A DNA stretch of 64,000 nucleotides. Origin: Terracidiphilus sp. GTDB taxonomy: Bacteria > Acidobacteriota > Terriglobia > Terriglobales > Acidobacteriaceae. The notes beneath the pieces are model-generated. The model had not been told where the DNA came from and did not search any database. It saw only the letters and a program-made list of their open reading frames with translations. The position numbers and the translations under genes were made by a program. Where the stretch lies: contig JBEKNY010000005.1 of NCBI GenBank assembly GCA_049522315.1, forward strand, positions 47,550-111,549, in the 5' to 3' direction. How positions within the stretch are numbered: position 1 is the stretch's first letter; every line of letters begins with the position of its first letter. Below are positions 17,673 to 28,323 of the stretch, piece by piece.

Positions 17673-17715
17673 GGCTGCTCTCCTTCACGCTGCAGACGTG
17701 TTCGGCCCCTTGCCG

Positions 17716-18918
<1,203 letters not shown>

Positions 18919-19119
18919 TCCATTCCTCTGCCGTAGCCGGCGCGAGATGAGGGTCCATAAGCGTAATGGCCGGTCTCAGTCCGGATGGCATTATACCGCC
19001 GGGTCAAATTGGCGAAAAGTGATGGCCGTCGCTTCCACCTCGGATGGGATTGTTATTTACACAGCCACACCGCCTCTCGCCGGCCTGTAGAATGTCGAAA
19101 GCGTACCGCCAACTCCCGT

Positions 19120-19977
19120 ATGACTTACTACGACCAGGTCGCAGAGGCTGTCGCATTCCTCAAAGGTCGGCTAGGTTCGCTGGAGCCGCACCTGGGCATC
19201 GTGCTGGGATCCGGACTGGGCGCTGTCGCCAATGCGATCCAGTATCCGGTCATCGTTCCGTACAGCGAAATTCCCAACTTCCCGCAATCCACGGTCGAGG
19301 GCCATTCCGGGCGCATAGTGGCGGGGCTCCTCGGCGGCGCGCCGGTCATTATCATGCAGGGGCGCGTCCACTTCTACGAGGGCTACTCGCCGCTTCAGGT
19401 CACCTTTCCCATGCGCGTGCTGGGCGCGCTGGGCATCCACGCTGTGGTGTTGACCAATGCGGCTGGCGCAATCCAGGCCAGTCTCCACGTAGGCCAACTC
19501 GTTGTGTTGACCGACCACATCAACCTGATGGGCTGGAACCCGCTCAACGGCCCCAATGACCCACGCTTCGGCTTGCGCCCCGGTGCGGGGCTGCGCTTCT
19601 TTGACATGACGGAGGCGTACAGCAAGAGGCTACGCGCTCTGGCAAAAGAGGCCGCGATCGAAGAAGGATTCGCGTTGGAAGAAGGCATTTATCTGGCCAC
19701 ACCGGGGCCGAGCTTTGAAACGCCCGCGGAGATTCACGCCTTCCGCGCCTTGGGCGCGGCGCTGGTGGGTATGTCCACCGTACCCGAGACCATCGTAGCG
19801 CGGCATATGGGACTTGAGGTTTTGGGCATCTCATGCGTCACCAATCTGGCCGCGGGGTTGGGCGCCAAACCTCTCACCCACGAAGAGGTAAACGAAACCG
19901 GCCGCTGGGTGGAGAGCCGTCTTGCCGGATTGCTCCAGCGGCTGGCGCCAAGAATCGCAGCAAGCGCGGAAATGTAA
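19120..19977 (+). CDS. punA: Purine nucleoside phosphorylase (trimeric PNP family)
   Basis: GIVLGSGLG, STVEGHSG, QGRVHFYEG, GPSFETPAE, VGMSTVPE, ISCVTN. Confidence 0.96.
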   Translation: MTYYDQVAEAVAFLKGRLGSLEPHLGIVLGSGLGAVANAIQYPVIVPYSEIPNFPQSTVEGHSGRIVAGLLGGAPVIIMQGRVHFYEGYSPLQVTFPMRVLGALGIHAVVLTNAAGAIQASLHVGQLVVLTDHINLMGWNPLNGPNDPRFGLRPGAGLRFFDMTEAYSKRLRALAKEAAIEEGFALEEGIYLATPGPSFETPAEIHAFRALGAALVGMSTVPETIVARHMGLEVLGISCVTNLAAGLGAKPLTHEEVNETGRWVESRLAGLLQRLAPRIAASAEM

Positions 19978-20120
19978 CCGTGAGCCGGGTTGCCTGCTCC
20001 AGGGTTGCAGGCGAGGTTGGAAGGTGGAGCGGGTGATGACGGAGATGCGCAAGCGCGGGCTGCTGGCGGGGGCGGCGTAGAAAGCAGGCGGACCGCTCTT
20101 CCCGTTGCGGACTCAATATG

Positions 20121-20135
20121 GTATAACTGTTATAC
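20121..20135. promoter_or_regulatory. Palindromic operator overlapping an extended -10 of the toxin-antitoxin operon
   Basis: GTATAAC-T-GTTATAC, a perfect inverted repeat 2 nt before ATG 20138; TG-N-TATAAC. Confidence 0.65.
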
Positions 20136-20137
20136 AG

Positions 20138-20414
20138 ATGCGGTTTGACTTCGATCCACGCAAGAGCCAGAGATTGAGGGAGAATCCGCGGCGGGGCATT
20201 GGCTTTGAAGAGGCCCAGGAGATCTTCACCCGCCCCTACTATCTTGATCGACGGTCCGACGTGCCCGAACAATACATCGCAATTGGCTGGGTGGGCCAGC
20301 GCCTGTATTCGCTCGTATGAGATGCGCGAGGACGAAGAAGGCGAGATTTACCACCTGGTCACGCTTTGGAAATCTACCCGTGAAGAAGAGGAACTCTATG
20401 CCGAAAACACTTGA
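20138..20414 (+). pseudogene. BrnT-family toxin with a frameshift near 20315-20318
   Basis: MRFDFDPRKSQRL...GIGFEEAQEIF...AIGWVGQRLYSLV* continues in another frame as YEMREDEEGEIYHLVTLWKST. Confidence 0.8.
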
Positions 20415-20664
20415 ATCCCCCAAGCCGCCGACCGCCGATGAGATCGCGGAAATGGCCGATAGAGGCGAGAACATCTCGCGCTTTTTCACCGGAAAGGGCA
20501 AGATGATGCCGCCCATTCAGCGCGTGAATGTGGATTTTACAGCTCCGATGCTGAACGAGTTGGACGACGAGGCGCGCGCGCTCAATATCAGCCGCCAGGC
20601 GGTGATTAAATCGCTGCTGCGCCAGGCGCTGGATCGGCAGCGTTTAGCGCGCAGGGCGCGGTGA
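20398..20664 (+). CDS. CopG/BrnA-like ribbon-helix-helix antitoxin
   Basis: TADEIAEMADRGENISRFF...QRVNVDF...LDDEARALNISRQAVIK; overlaps the 3' end of the toxin. Confidence 0.85.
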   Translation: MPKTLESPKPPTADEIAEMADRGENISRFFTGKGKMMPPIQRVNVDFTAPMLNELDDEARALNISRQAVIKSLLRQALDRQRLARRAR

Positions 20665-20723
20665 TTCGATCGGCCGGACCAAGGATCTTGTCGCCGTTTT
20701 GAAGAAGAAGGGACAAAGACCGG

Positions 20724-21194
20724 CTACCTCCCCGCCGTCAGCGCCTCGACCGGCGCCAGCATATCTTCCTTGCGCATCACCAGATTCGTGGCATTGAGCG
20801 TGGCCAGTTCGAAGCCGTGGCCGTGCGTGATGGCGTCAGTGGGGCAGGCCTCAACGCAATAGCCGCAGAAGATACAGCGGTTGTAGTCGATGTTATAGAC
20901 CTTGGCGTACCGTTCCGACGAGGAGATACGGTTCTCCGCGGTATTCTCGGCGGCCTCGATGTAAATGCAGTTGGCCGGGCAGGCCGCTGCGCACAGGAAA
21001 CACGCCACGCACTTCTCCAGCCCGTTTTCATCGCGCTCGAGCACGTGCGCGCCGCGGAAGCGCGGCTCCAGAACCGCTCCGCGCAGCGGGCCCTTACCGT
21101 CAGGGTAATTCTCGACCTCTGTGGGCGCGAACGTCTCGCGCAGGGTGATGCTCATGCCCTTGGCGATGCCGGCGACGTTGCGCACGATCGACAT
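20724..21194 (-). CDS. nuoI: NADH-quinone oxidoreductase subunit I (stand-alone)
   Basis: KCVACFLCAAACP and RCIFCGYCVEACP 4Fe-4S motifs; FRGAHVL. Confidence 0.95.
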   Translation of the reverse strand: MSIVRNVAGIAKGMSITLRETFAPTEVENYPDGKGPLRGAVLEPRFRGAHVLERDENGLEKCVACFLCAAACPANCIYIEAAENTAENRISSSERYAKVYNIDYNRCIFCGYCVEACPTDAITHGHGFELATLNATNLVMRKEDMLAPVEALTAGR

Positions 21195-21200
21195 GCCCGT

Positions 21201-21210
21201 AGTATACGAT
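21201..21210. promoter_or_regulatory. Overlapping divergent -10 elements (AGTATACGAT); nuoI is probably leaderless
   Basis: Minus-strand TATACT is 6 nt from the nuoI ATG. Plus-strand TACGAT precedes the GAGGA RBS of 21230. Confidence 0.5.
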
Positions 21211-21229
21211 GTTCCGCGAGGACATATTT

Positions 21230-21856
21230 ATGAAGAACCGTTGCGCAGAATGTATGCTTGCGATCTCCACCGTTGCATTCTTCGTGGGCTTGAGCCCTGT
21301 TCTGACAGCCCAAGCCGAGCCGGAATCTGATGCTTTGGTGCCTTATGTGAGTTGCCAGTTCTCTGATGGACTCCAGATTGTCGAAACCGACCCACTCGCT
21401 CCAGGCATTACCTCACGCGAAGTGGATACAGACTCCGGCTCGCGCAGAATAGATATGAAAGCAGGTGTTCGCGTGATGTTTGCTTACCCGGACACCGATT
21501 TCTACGCAAACGTCAAGGCGGAGCTGCTGCCAGCCGCAAATTATCCGCAACTCAAACAGTTTTTGCTCGATAACTTCCAGTATCTTGCGCACGGCAACAT
21601 CGTGAACAGCTCGTTACACTCTCCTCTCAACGGTTTTGAAGCTCACGGTTTGGACCGGGAGAAGCTGGAGGGAGGCGTACTTGGCATTTATCTTCTCTTC
21701 GACAACTCCGCTCATGTGGTGACCACAATTTATCTTCTCAATCAGGAGCCGCAGAGCCGAAAATTCCAGACAATTGAGGAGTACCGTCAATTGCGCGACC
21801 GTTTCCTCGTCTCTTATTCAGCCTGCGTGCGGAAGAATCAGCAGAGCGGGCAATAG
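21230..21856 (+). CDS. Exported hypothetical protein
   Basis: GAGGA RBS, signal-like N terminus and a long open frame. Confidence 0.75.
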   Translation: MKNRCAECMLAISTVAFFVGLSPVLTAQAEPESDALVPYVSCQFSDGLQIVETDPLAPGITSREVDTDSGSRRIDMKAGVRVMFAYPDTDFYANVKAELLPAANYPQLKQFLLDNFQYLAHGNIVNSSLHSPLNGFEAHGLDREKLEGGVLGIYLLFDNSAHVVTTIYLLNQEPQSRKFQTIEEYRQLRDRFLVSYSACVRKNQQSGQ

Positions 21857-21880
21857 CAGAACCGCAGAGAGTTAATCTGA

Positions 21881-22426
21881 ATGTCTAGGAAACTTGCTTT
21901 AGTCAGCATCGCCCTTGCGGCCGCGCTGGTCGCTGCGCATCCTCAAACACAAAGTCAGGAGTCGTCCATGCCCATGGGGCAGATGGGCGAGATGCACAAG
22001 CCCGCACCGCCCGCCGGGCCACTCGAGATCGAGTTCGGCGACAAAGCAGCCACCTGGACGCCCGCCACGCTGGCCAGCCTGCCGCACGTCACAGTTACCG
22101 TCCACAACCAGCACACCAAAGCCGATGACACGTACTCAGGCGTTTCGCTCATGGATCTGCTCACGCCGCTCGGCGTTCCGGCAGCTCCGCATGGCGCGGG
22201 TGTGCGGCTTTATCTTGTGGCCGAGGGTTCCGACGGCTACAAAGCGGTTTACTCTTTGGGCGAGGTGAACCCCGCTCTCCATGACGCCGCTGTGATTGTG
22301 GCCGACAGCGAGAACGGAAAACCGCTGACAGGCGATGGGCCGATGAAGTTGATTGCGACGCGCGAAAAGCATCCGGCGCGCTGGGTGCGGAATCTGGTAG
22401 CCATTCGCGTGCTGACGGTCGAGTGA
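21881..22426 (+). CDS. Exported molybdopterin-dependent oxidoreductase-like protein
   Basis: Signal peptide; YSGVSLMDLL...GSDGYKAVYSLGE...GPMKLI...RWVRNL. Confidence 0.75.
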   Translation: MSRKLALVSIALAAALVAAHPQTQSQESSMPMGQMGEMHKPAPPAGPLEIEFGDKAATWTPATLASLPHVTVTVHNQHTKADDTYSGVSLMDLLTPLGVPAAPHGAGVRLYLVAEGSDGYKAVYSLGEVNPALHDAAVIVADSENGKPLTGDGPMKLIATREKHPARWVRNLVAIRVLTVE

Positions 22427-22458
22427 ACACACGCCGGCCCCCGCCGGCATCGGGCTCT

Positions 22459-22576
22459 TATAGCGGGTCTCCTGCAGGTGGTGACCAAGGCACAATCGCT
22501 AAGTGGCTTTTTCATCAAGAAAACGCCACCTTGAATTCTGTCCGAAATGTCTCATAGTTGCAGGAGAACCGCCGTA
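22459..22576 (+). mobile_element. MITE-like 118-bp element, copy 3
   Basis: Same terminal inverted repeats and core as the other copies; TA at both ends. Confidence 0.8.
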
Positions 22577-22676
22577 AGATTTCCGCGAGCGGGACGGAAG
22601 GGCCGCGCGCCTCAGGTGTGTGATGGCCTGAAGCGCGCGAACCCGCGCAATGGCAGCTCAAACGAGCCGCGCGGCC

Positions 22677-23771
22677 TTAGCGATGATGCTGTCCCTGCTG
22701 CCCGCCATGGTTCTGCCCGCCATGGTTCTGCCCGCCCTGTTGCCCGCCGTGACTCTGATTCGACGTCGTGGACCTCGAGCTGTGATCGGCCGGCAACGGC
22801 CGGCTGACGGCCGGTGTGGCAGGCCTGCCGTGATTTTGCGACGCATATTGCCCGCGAACTGCGCCGTAGGTTTGCGCGTGTTGCGCTTGCGTGTTCATGC
22901 GCGGAGCAGTCGGTTCGCGCGCTGCTGCCGCTTCAGATGGCCCAGGCCGAGCCTGGACGCCGGCTCCGCCACGGAAGCTGGGGCGAGAATTGTTGTTGTT
23001 GCGGTTGTTATTGTAGTTGTTGTTTCCGCGATTGAAGGATCCGCGATTGTCGGAGCCGCGATTGTCGGAGCCGCGATTACCGGAGCCGCGATTGCCGGCG
23101 TTATAGCTGTACACGTTGTGCACGACGCGCGTGTTCAGGTGGTTGTACACGCGGTTGTAAAAGAAGTGGCCGGAATTCCAATAGCCCCCTTCGTAGCCGA
23201 AGCCTCTATAGCCAAAGCCGTAGTTGATGCCGCCGTAGAAGCCCATGTGCATGCCCCAGTGGCCGGGATAGAACAGGTAGCGGCTGCCGTAGAAGCCCCA
23301 ATAGCCCGGCGTCCAGAGAGCGCCCATGTAGGGTGGCTCGACCCATGCACCCGGTACCCAGTAATAGCCGTTCGGGCCCCAGGCCCAATAGCCCGGTGTC
23401 CAAATGTAGCCATCGCCAGGTGCGGGCGGCTGATCGTAGTCGGGAAGCGGTGGCGGCGGCTCCGACGCCTGCTCTGTCGGCAGCTCAGAGTAACCCGCGT
23501 CATCGGGAGGCTGGCCCGGCGCGGCCGACTGGTCGGGAGGCGGCGCAGTTTGAGTTGTGTACGACGGACCAGAGGGAGCCAAGTTAGCGTCGGCGGGGTC
23601 GGACCCTTGGTCCGGGGGGCCTTGGTCCGGGGGGGCCTGGTCCTGCGTGCCCGCGACCGCGGCGCTGACGGTGGGAACGATGGGGATCAGACGCTGGTGA
23701 CAGACTGCCGCAAAAACGGCAGCTGCAAGAGCGAACAAGATCCACGGCGCAATCCGAGGAAGACGGTTCAT
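22677..23771 (-). CDS. Secreted YXWGXW-repeat protein with a low-complexity N/G/R/Q tail
   Basis: AGGAG RBS; signal; YIWTPGYWAW, YYWVPGAW, LWTPGYW; NRGS and HGGQ tandem repeats. Confidence 0.88.
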   Translation of the reverse strand: MNRLPRIAPWILFALAAAVFAAVCHQRLIPIVPTVSAAVAGTQDQAPPDQGPPDQGSDPADANLAPSGPSYTTQTAPPPDQSAAPGQPPDDAGYSELPTEQASEPPPPLPDYDQPPAPGDGYIWTPGYWAWGPNGYYWVPGAWVEPPYMGALWTPGYWGFYGSRYLFYPGHWGMHMGFYGGINYGFGYRGFGYEGGYWNSGHFFYNRVYNHLNTRVVHNVYSYNAGNRGSGNRGSDNRGSDNRGSFNRGNNNYNNNRNNNNSRPSFRGGAGVQARPGPSEAAAAREPTAPRMNTQAQHAQTYGAVRGQYASQNHGRPATPAVSRPLPADHSSRSTTSNQSHGGQQGGQNHGGQNHGGQQGQHHR

Positions 23772-23900
23772 AGCACGCTCCTAGTCATCGGATATTATCC
23801 GAGGTTCCTAAGTCTAGCGCAGCAGGGTGCGGAAAGGCTATTCGAAGCGCGAAATCCGTGTGCGAAAACCGGGAGGTGCGTACATGCTCGGCGAGAGGCG

Positions 23901-24782
23901 TCAATGCCGGACCGCGGGCGGCACGGACCGGCCGCGGTTGTTGGCTGGCGGCGTAGTCACCGGCTTGCGCTGCGGCTGCGCATTCAGCAGTTGCTGGCAG
24001 AGCGCCGAGTCCTGCCCGCGAGACAGGCCCTGCACGGCATCCTGACCGCGGCACATGCGCAGCTCCATGGCGTCGGCATCGTCGCGAGTCAGCTCGACGG
24101 TTCGCTCCAGCTCGCTGGCAGGGTCCACGTCGTAGCGGAAGAGCGTGTCGCTGGGCCCTCTCACCTTTCCGTATTCGAAGTGGTTCCAGGTAACGAGAAA
24201 GGCGCGGCCATCGGGGCCGGCCATCACGGCGTAAAGCTGCGTCCAGACGATGCCGCTGGCGCTGGGCCCCACCGCATTCCACACCAGCACTCCCTGGCCG
24301 CCGCGCACCCAGCGCGCCGCCCACATGTGATGCGAGACATCGTAGTAGAAGGAGGTGAGGTAGGTACTGGCCGAACAGTCGTGGCAGTTGTCGTAGAGAA
24401 CGGTCAGTTCCTCGGGCGCATTCTCGGCAAAGTGCTCCCAGTCGAACCAGCGCAGGTTCACGCCGCTGAGCAGCGGCGCCACCACGTGACTGGTGAGCGA
24501 GACGTTCCAGATGGTGAACGTGTCATCGCTGGGCGGCGATTGCGGCCCGGAGCGGTCGGCGGTAACGACCAGCGCCGCGTCGTAGACCACGCCGATCTCG
24601 CGAATCGCCGTCCATTTCTCAACCTGCAGCGAGCGCGTGACCCAGGCGACGATATTTTGATCCTTTGGGTTGTGAAAATCGATCCAGCGAAAGGAGCCCG
24701 AAGTCTGTTGGGCGCCGAGGGAAGCGGAAAGGGCCAGCGCTGCGGCAACAGCGATGAGGCGCCTGGAAAGGTCCACCTGCAT
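23901..24782 (-). CDS. Exported hypothetical protein
   Basis: MQVDLSRRLIAVAAALALSASLGAQ signal peptide and a long open frame. Confidence 0.75.
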   Translation of the reverse strand: MQVDLSRRLIAVAAALALSASLGAQQTSGSFRWIDFHNPKDQNIVAWVTRSLQVEKWTAIREIGVVYDAALVVTADRSGPQSPPSDDTFTIWNVSLTSHVVAPLLSGVNLRWFDWEHFAENAPEELTVLYDNCHDCSASTYLTSFYYDVSHHMWAARWVRGGQGVLVWNAVGPSASGIVWTQLYAVMAGPDGRAFLVTWNHFEYGKVRGPSDTLFRYDVDPASELERTVELTRDDADAMELRMCRGQDAVQGLSRGQDSALCQQLLNAQPQRKPVTTPPANNRGRSVPPAVRH

Positions 24783-24913
24783 GGGTCTAGATATAGCAGA
24801 GCGGACCATGCTGCCGCATGGCATGTACGGTTCGCGCCGGCAGGCTGCGCGCTGATTGGCGAGCGGCCAAACGCTCCCTTTCGCGCCGTCGATCGCGCGC
24901 GCCGCGAGCGAAT

Positions 24914-25804
24914 CTATTTTTGTGGCATGACAGGCGCTTTGGGCGCGGGCTTGATGTCTCGCGCGAAATCCCGCGGCAGCGTGTCCTGCGCCGCCGTCCC
25001 CGCTACGATCGCATCCCAGCCATCGTCGGCGCCGTGGTAGCTCGCATACTTTGCCTTGCAGTAGCTCACCATGCCGCTCGCGTTCTGCGGCATGGCAGCG
25101 GTTTGAGCGAGATGAATCGCTCGCGCGCAGTACCAGAAACCGTTGGCGTCAGCCGGGGCCGTCTCCAGGTCGGCAATGGCAAGCTGATATAAGTCCTGCA
25201 CATTCGCGGGATCGATCTGGATCGCCCGCGTCAGCCAGTCCTTCGCCTGCGAGTAGTCCTTCTCCTCGACCGCGCAATAACCCTCCGCGCCGACGAAAAT
25301 ATCACTCATCAGTTTGCTCAATGAGACAAACTCGGCGTCTGTCATGTTCGCCGGCTTGCGCCACATGGGAACCGCGCGCATGCCGCCGGTCGCGTCGATG
25401 CACATCTCGTTGAGCGCCTCTGTGTCCCCTTGCATGGCGCTCACCCGGTCGAGCGCCACGACAATGCCGAGCAGGCGAACGTTGCCGGAATCCACGACCA
25501 GCAGGCGCTTGGCCACCTTACCAACCTGAGCCGAATCGCCGGCCGCCTGCCAAGCCGCCATCTCCTGTTCCTGTGCATCGACCAAGACCACGCTTCGAGG
25601 GTACTGCTGCACAAAAGACTCCAGCGCCGCTGCCCGCGCGCTGGCATCCTGCGTGTTCAGAGCGGCCATGTAGGCGTTGTATTCGGCTTGGTCCTTGATG
25701 ATCTTTTGCCCCGAAGGCGGTTGCTGCGCGGGCGCGGCGAGAGTCAGAAGCAGAGTGAGCGCGCAGAGCGGGCGGCGGGCGAGATGGAATCGCAGGCGGT
25801 GCAC
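24914..25804 (-). CDS. Exported TPR-like protein (start uncertain)
   Basis: IIKDQAEYNAYMAA..., KDYSQAKDWLTRAIQIDP, FWYCARA helical repeats. Confidence 0.75.
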   Translation of the reverse strand: MHRLRFHLARRPLCALTLLLTLAAPAQQPPSGQKIIKDQAEYNAYMAALNTQDASARAAALESFVQQYPRSVVLVDAQEQEMAAWQAAGDSAQVGKVAKRLLVVDSGNVRLLGIVVALDRVSAMQGDTEALNEMCIDATGGMRAVPMWRKPANMTDAEFVSLSKLMSDIFVGAEGYCAVEEKDYSQAKDWLTRAIQIDPANVQDLYQLAIADLETAPADANGFWYCARAIHLAQTAAMPQNASGMVSYCKAKYASYHGADDGWDAIVAGTAAQDTLPRDFARDIKPAPKAPVMPQK

Positions 25805-25875
25805 AAGGGAAGCGTAGCACACGCGAGGAGAGCGGCTGGAAGGCCCGTGTCGAGTCTTTTCTTGCCGATTTTGGT

Positions 25876-26529
25876 TCAGCTTTCGCGCGGCTCCGGCGCG
25901 GCCTTGTCTCCGGGCCACCCGGTTGCGACCAGGTACGAAATCTCGTCTACGACGCGCTTCAGTTCGCCGACCATACGAATCTTCAGGCGAGCTTGAAAGA
26001 TCTCGAGCAGCGAATGGAAATACCAGAGCTGTTCCTTCGGGCCGCGCTTGAATCGATCCCAGACCGCCGGGCCGATCTCCCTCAAGTCGTCTAGAATGGC
26101 CTTCGCGTTGTAGAGCTTGTCGGCGGCGGAGATGAGCAGAACGGATTCGGGCTCGGTCTTCAGGCGAGCGAGATAGGCGATCTTGCGCTCCTCCCAGCCT
26201 TCTTTCTTGTCGTGATCCCCGGCGAGCGTGTCTGAGAGCCCTTCCACCATGCGCGCGACATTGGCGCCGAATTCCTTCTCGACGTCATCGAGTCGCGGCT
26301 TGCCGCCGTGGTCCTCGACCGTGTCGTGCAGGATTGCGGCAATCGCCATGTCTTCCGTGACGGGAATTTGGCCGCCGGCTTCTCCCATGACCAGCGAGGC
26401 GACGCCGAGCAGGTGCGCCATGTAGGGGATTCGAGTCCCCTTGCGGAACTCCGTGTGAAGTGTGCGCGCGTAATCGACGGCGCGGGTGAAGCGGTCGGTC
26501 AGGATGAAGGGTTGTGTGGGGTTCTTCAT
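25876..26529 (-). CDS. HD-domain phosphohydrolase (RelA/SpoT HD, Mesh1-like)
   Basis: RKGTRIPYMAHLLGV, AAILHDTVED, SAADKLYN. Confidence 0.9.
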   Translation of the reverse strand: MKNPTQPFILTDRFTRAVDYARTLHTEFRKGTRIPYMAHLLGVASLVMGEAGGQIPVTEDMAIAAILHDTVEDHGGKPRLDDVEKEFGANVARMVEGLSDTLAGDHDKKEGWEERKIAYLARLKTEPESVLLISAADKLYNAKAILDDLREIGPAVWDRFKRGPKEQLWYFHSLLEIFQARLKIRMVGELKRVVDEISYLVATGWPGDKAAPEPRES

Positions 26530-26597
26530 CTTTTAGTACCTCACCCGATGAGCAAGTGGTAGAAATTGCACTGGCTTGATTGTCCCGGCGCTTCGCG

Positions 26598-28286
26598 TCA
26601 CAGCCCCAGCTTCTCCCACATCGCGTCGACCTTCGCCTTCGTCGCGCGGTCCATCTCGATCATCGCCGGCCACGGCCGCTCGAAGCCTTCGGCCTTCCAC
26701 TTGCGCGTGGCGTCCACTCCCATTTTCGATCCGTAGTTGGGCAGGCGGCTCGCATGGTCGAGCGAATCGATGGGGCCAAGAGTAAATTGAATGTCGCGCT
26801 CGGGATCGATGTTATTCGCCACGCGCAGGACGACCTCGGGAATGTTCTGCACGTCGCAGTCCTCATCAACCACGATGATGCACTTGGTGAACATGGCCTG
26901 GCCCAGCGACCAGATGGCGTGCATCACCTTGCGCGCGTGGCCCGGATAACTTTTTCGGATCGATACGATCATCAGGTTGTGAAAGACGGCCTCAACGGGC
27001 AGATGAATATCCACCAGCTCGGGAATCGTCATCTTCATCGCGGGCAGAAAGATACGCTCCACGGCCTTGCCCATCCATGCGTCCTCCATTGGCGGCTTGC
27101 CGACAATAGTCGCGGCGTAGATGGGATCTTTACGATGTGTGACGCAGGTGAGGTGAAAGACCGGGTACTCGTCCTCAAGCGTGTAGAAGCCCGTGTGGTC
27201 GCCGAAGGGACCTTCCGCGCGCAGCTCGCCCAGCTCCACGTAGCCCTCGAGAACAATCTCCGCGTGCGCCGGGACCTCAAGGTCGACGGTCTCGCACTTC
27301 ACGATTTCGACAGGTTTGCCGCGCAAAAAACCCGCAATCAAGAACTCCTCGACCTCGGGCGGAGCCGGCACAACGGCCGCGAACGTCGTTGCCGGATCGG
27401 TGCCGATGGCTACGGCGACTTCAAGCCGCGAGCCTTTGAGAGCGCCAACGGAGACCTGCGGCGTGCCAGCGAGAGGGCCATCGGGAATGCTGACCGCGCC
27501 GCCGGCCGATTCGGCCATGATGGCTACGCGCGCGGCTTCGGCGCTCTGCGTGGGATCGGCCGACGCCGCAGCGGCGTTGCGCAGCGCCTCGCGGTAGTGT
27601 TCGGCGGCGACCTTCTGCCGCTGCCAGTGCATGCCCGTGGTCTGGCCGTCGTACACCTGCATGCGATACATACCCATGTTGCGTTTGCCGGCGCCTCCGC
27701 CTCTTCCAGGGTCGCGCGTGTGCACGCAGGGCAGCGTGATGAAACGCCCGCCGTCCTGCGGCCAGCATTTGAGAATCGGAAAATAGTTGAGGTTGAACTT
27801 CTCTCGCCGGATCATTTCCTTGCACGGCGCGTCTTTGGCGTTCACGATTTTCGGGAACGCGTTGGAGAACTCTCCCAGTTGCGGCAGCATTTTGAGTTTG
27901 TCGAGCAGACCTTCAGGCGCCTTCACGTTCATCAGGCCCCCGATCTGAGAATTGATGCGCGCGGCAATCTCGTCGAGCCGGTCGACACCCAATGCCAGCG
28001 CCATGCGCCGCTCGCTGCCGAACTGGTTGATGAGAACCTTGTGGCCGGGATGGCCCTTGACGTTTTCGAACAGCAGCGCTGGCCCGCCGGGAGCATATTT
28101 CGTTTCGGAAGCGTAGGCCGGGCCTTTGATCCCTGACCCCTGACCCCTGACCCCTGTCTTCGACACGCGGTCGGTAATCTCGGTGATCTCGAGCTCGGGC
28201 GAAACCTCTTCGCGGATGCGGCGGAGCTCACCATGTTTTTCGAGCGTTTTGATCCAGTCGCGCAGATCGTCGTAGGCCAAGGGCAT
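26598..28286 (-). CDS. ubiD: UbiD-family decarboxylase (probably menaquinone biosynthesis)
   Basis: YDDLRDWI, GGPALLFEN, EGPFGDHTGFY, GKPPMED, DHAS...GSKMGVDATRK. Confidence 0.93.
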   Translation of the reverse strand: MPLAYDDLRDWIKTLEKHGELRRIREEVSPELEITEITDRVSKTGVRGQGSGIKGPAYASETKYAPGGPALLFENVKGHPGHKVLINQFGSERRMALALGVDRLDEIAARINSQIGGLMNVKAPEGLLDKLKMLPQLGEFSNAFPKIVNAKDAPCKEMIRREKFNLNYFPILKCWPQDGGRFITLPCVHTRDPGRGGGAGKRNMGMYRMQVYDGQTTGMHWQRQKVAAEHYREALRNAAAASADPTQSAEAARVAIMAESAGGAVSIPDGPLAGTPQVSVGALKGSRLEVAVAIGTDPATTFAAVVPAPPEVEEFLIAGFLRGKPVEIVKCETVDLEVPAHAEIVLEGYVELGELRAEGPFGDHTGFYTLEDEYPVFHLTCVTHRKDPIYAATIVGKPPMEDAWMGKAVERIFLPAMKMTIPELVDIHLPVEAVFHNLMIVSIRKSYPGHARKVMHAIWSLGQAMFTKCIIVVDEDCDVQNIPEVVLRVANNIDPERDIQFTLGPIDSLDHASRLPNYGSKMGVDATRKWKAEGFERPWPAMIEMDRATKAKVDAMWEKLGL

Positions 28287-28323
28287 GCTCCCCGGCGGTA
28301 ATGGCCGCCTTCAACCCTTTAGC

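Noticed and set aside
17221-17688. 155-aa minus-strand ORF as a real gene
   Set aside because: It is antisense to the RBS-bearing plus-strand hypothetical gene and has no recognisable motif.
22650-25040. 796-aa plus-strand ORF
   Set aside because: A GC-rich shadow frame antisense to two well-formed minus-strand genes.
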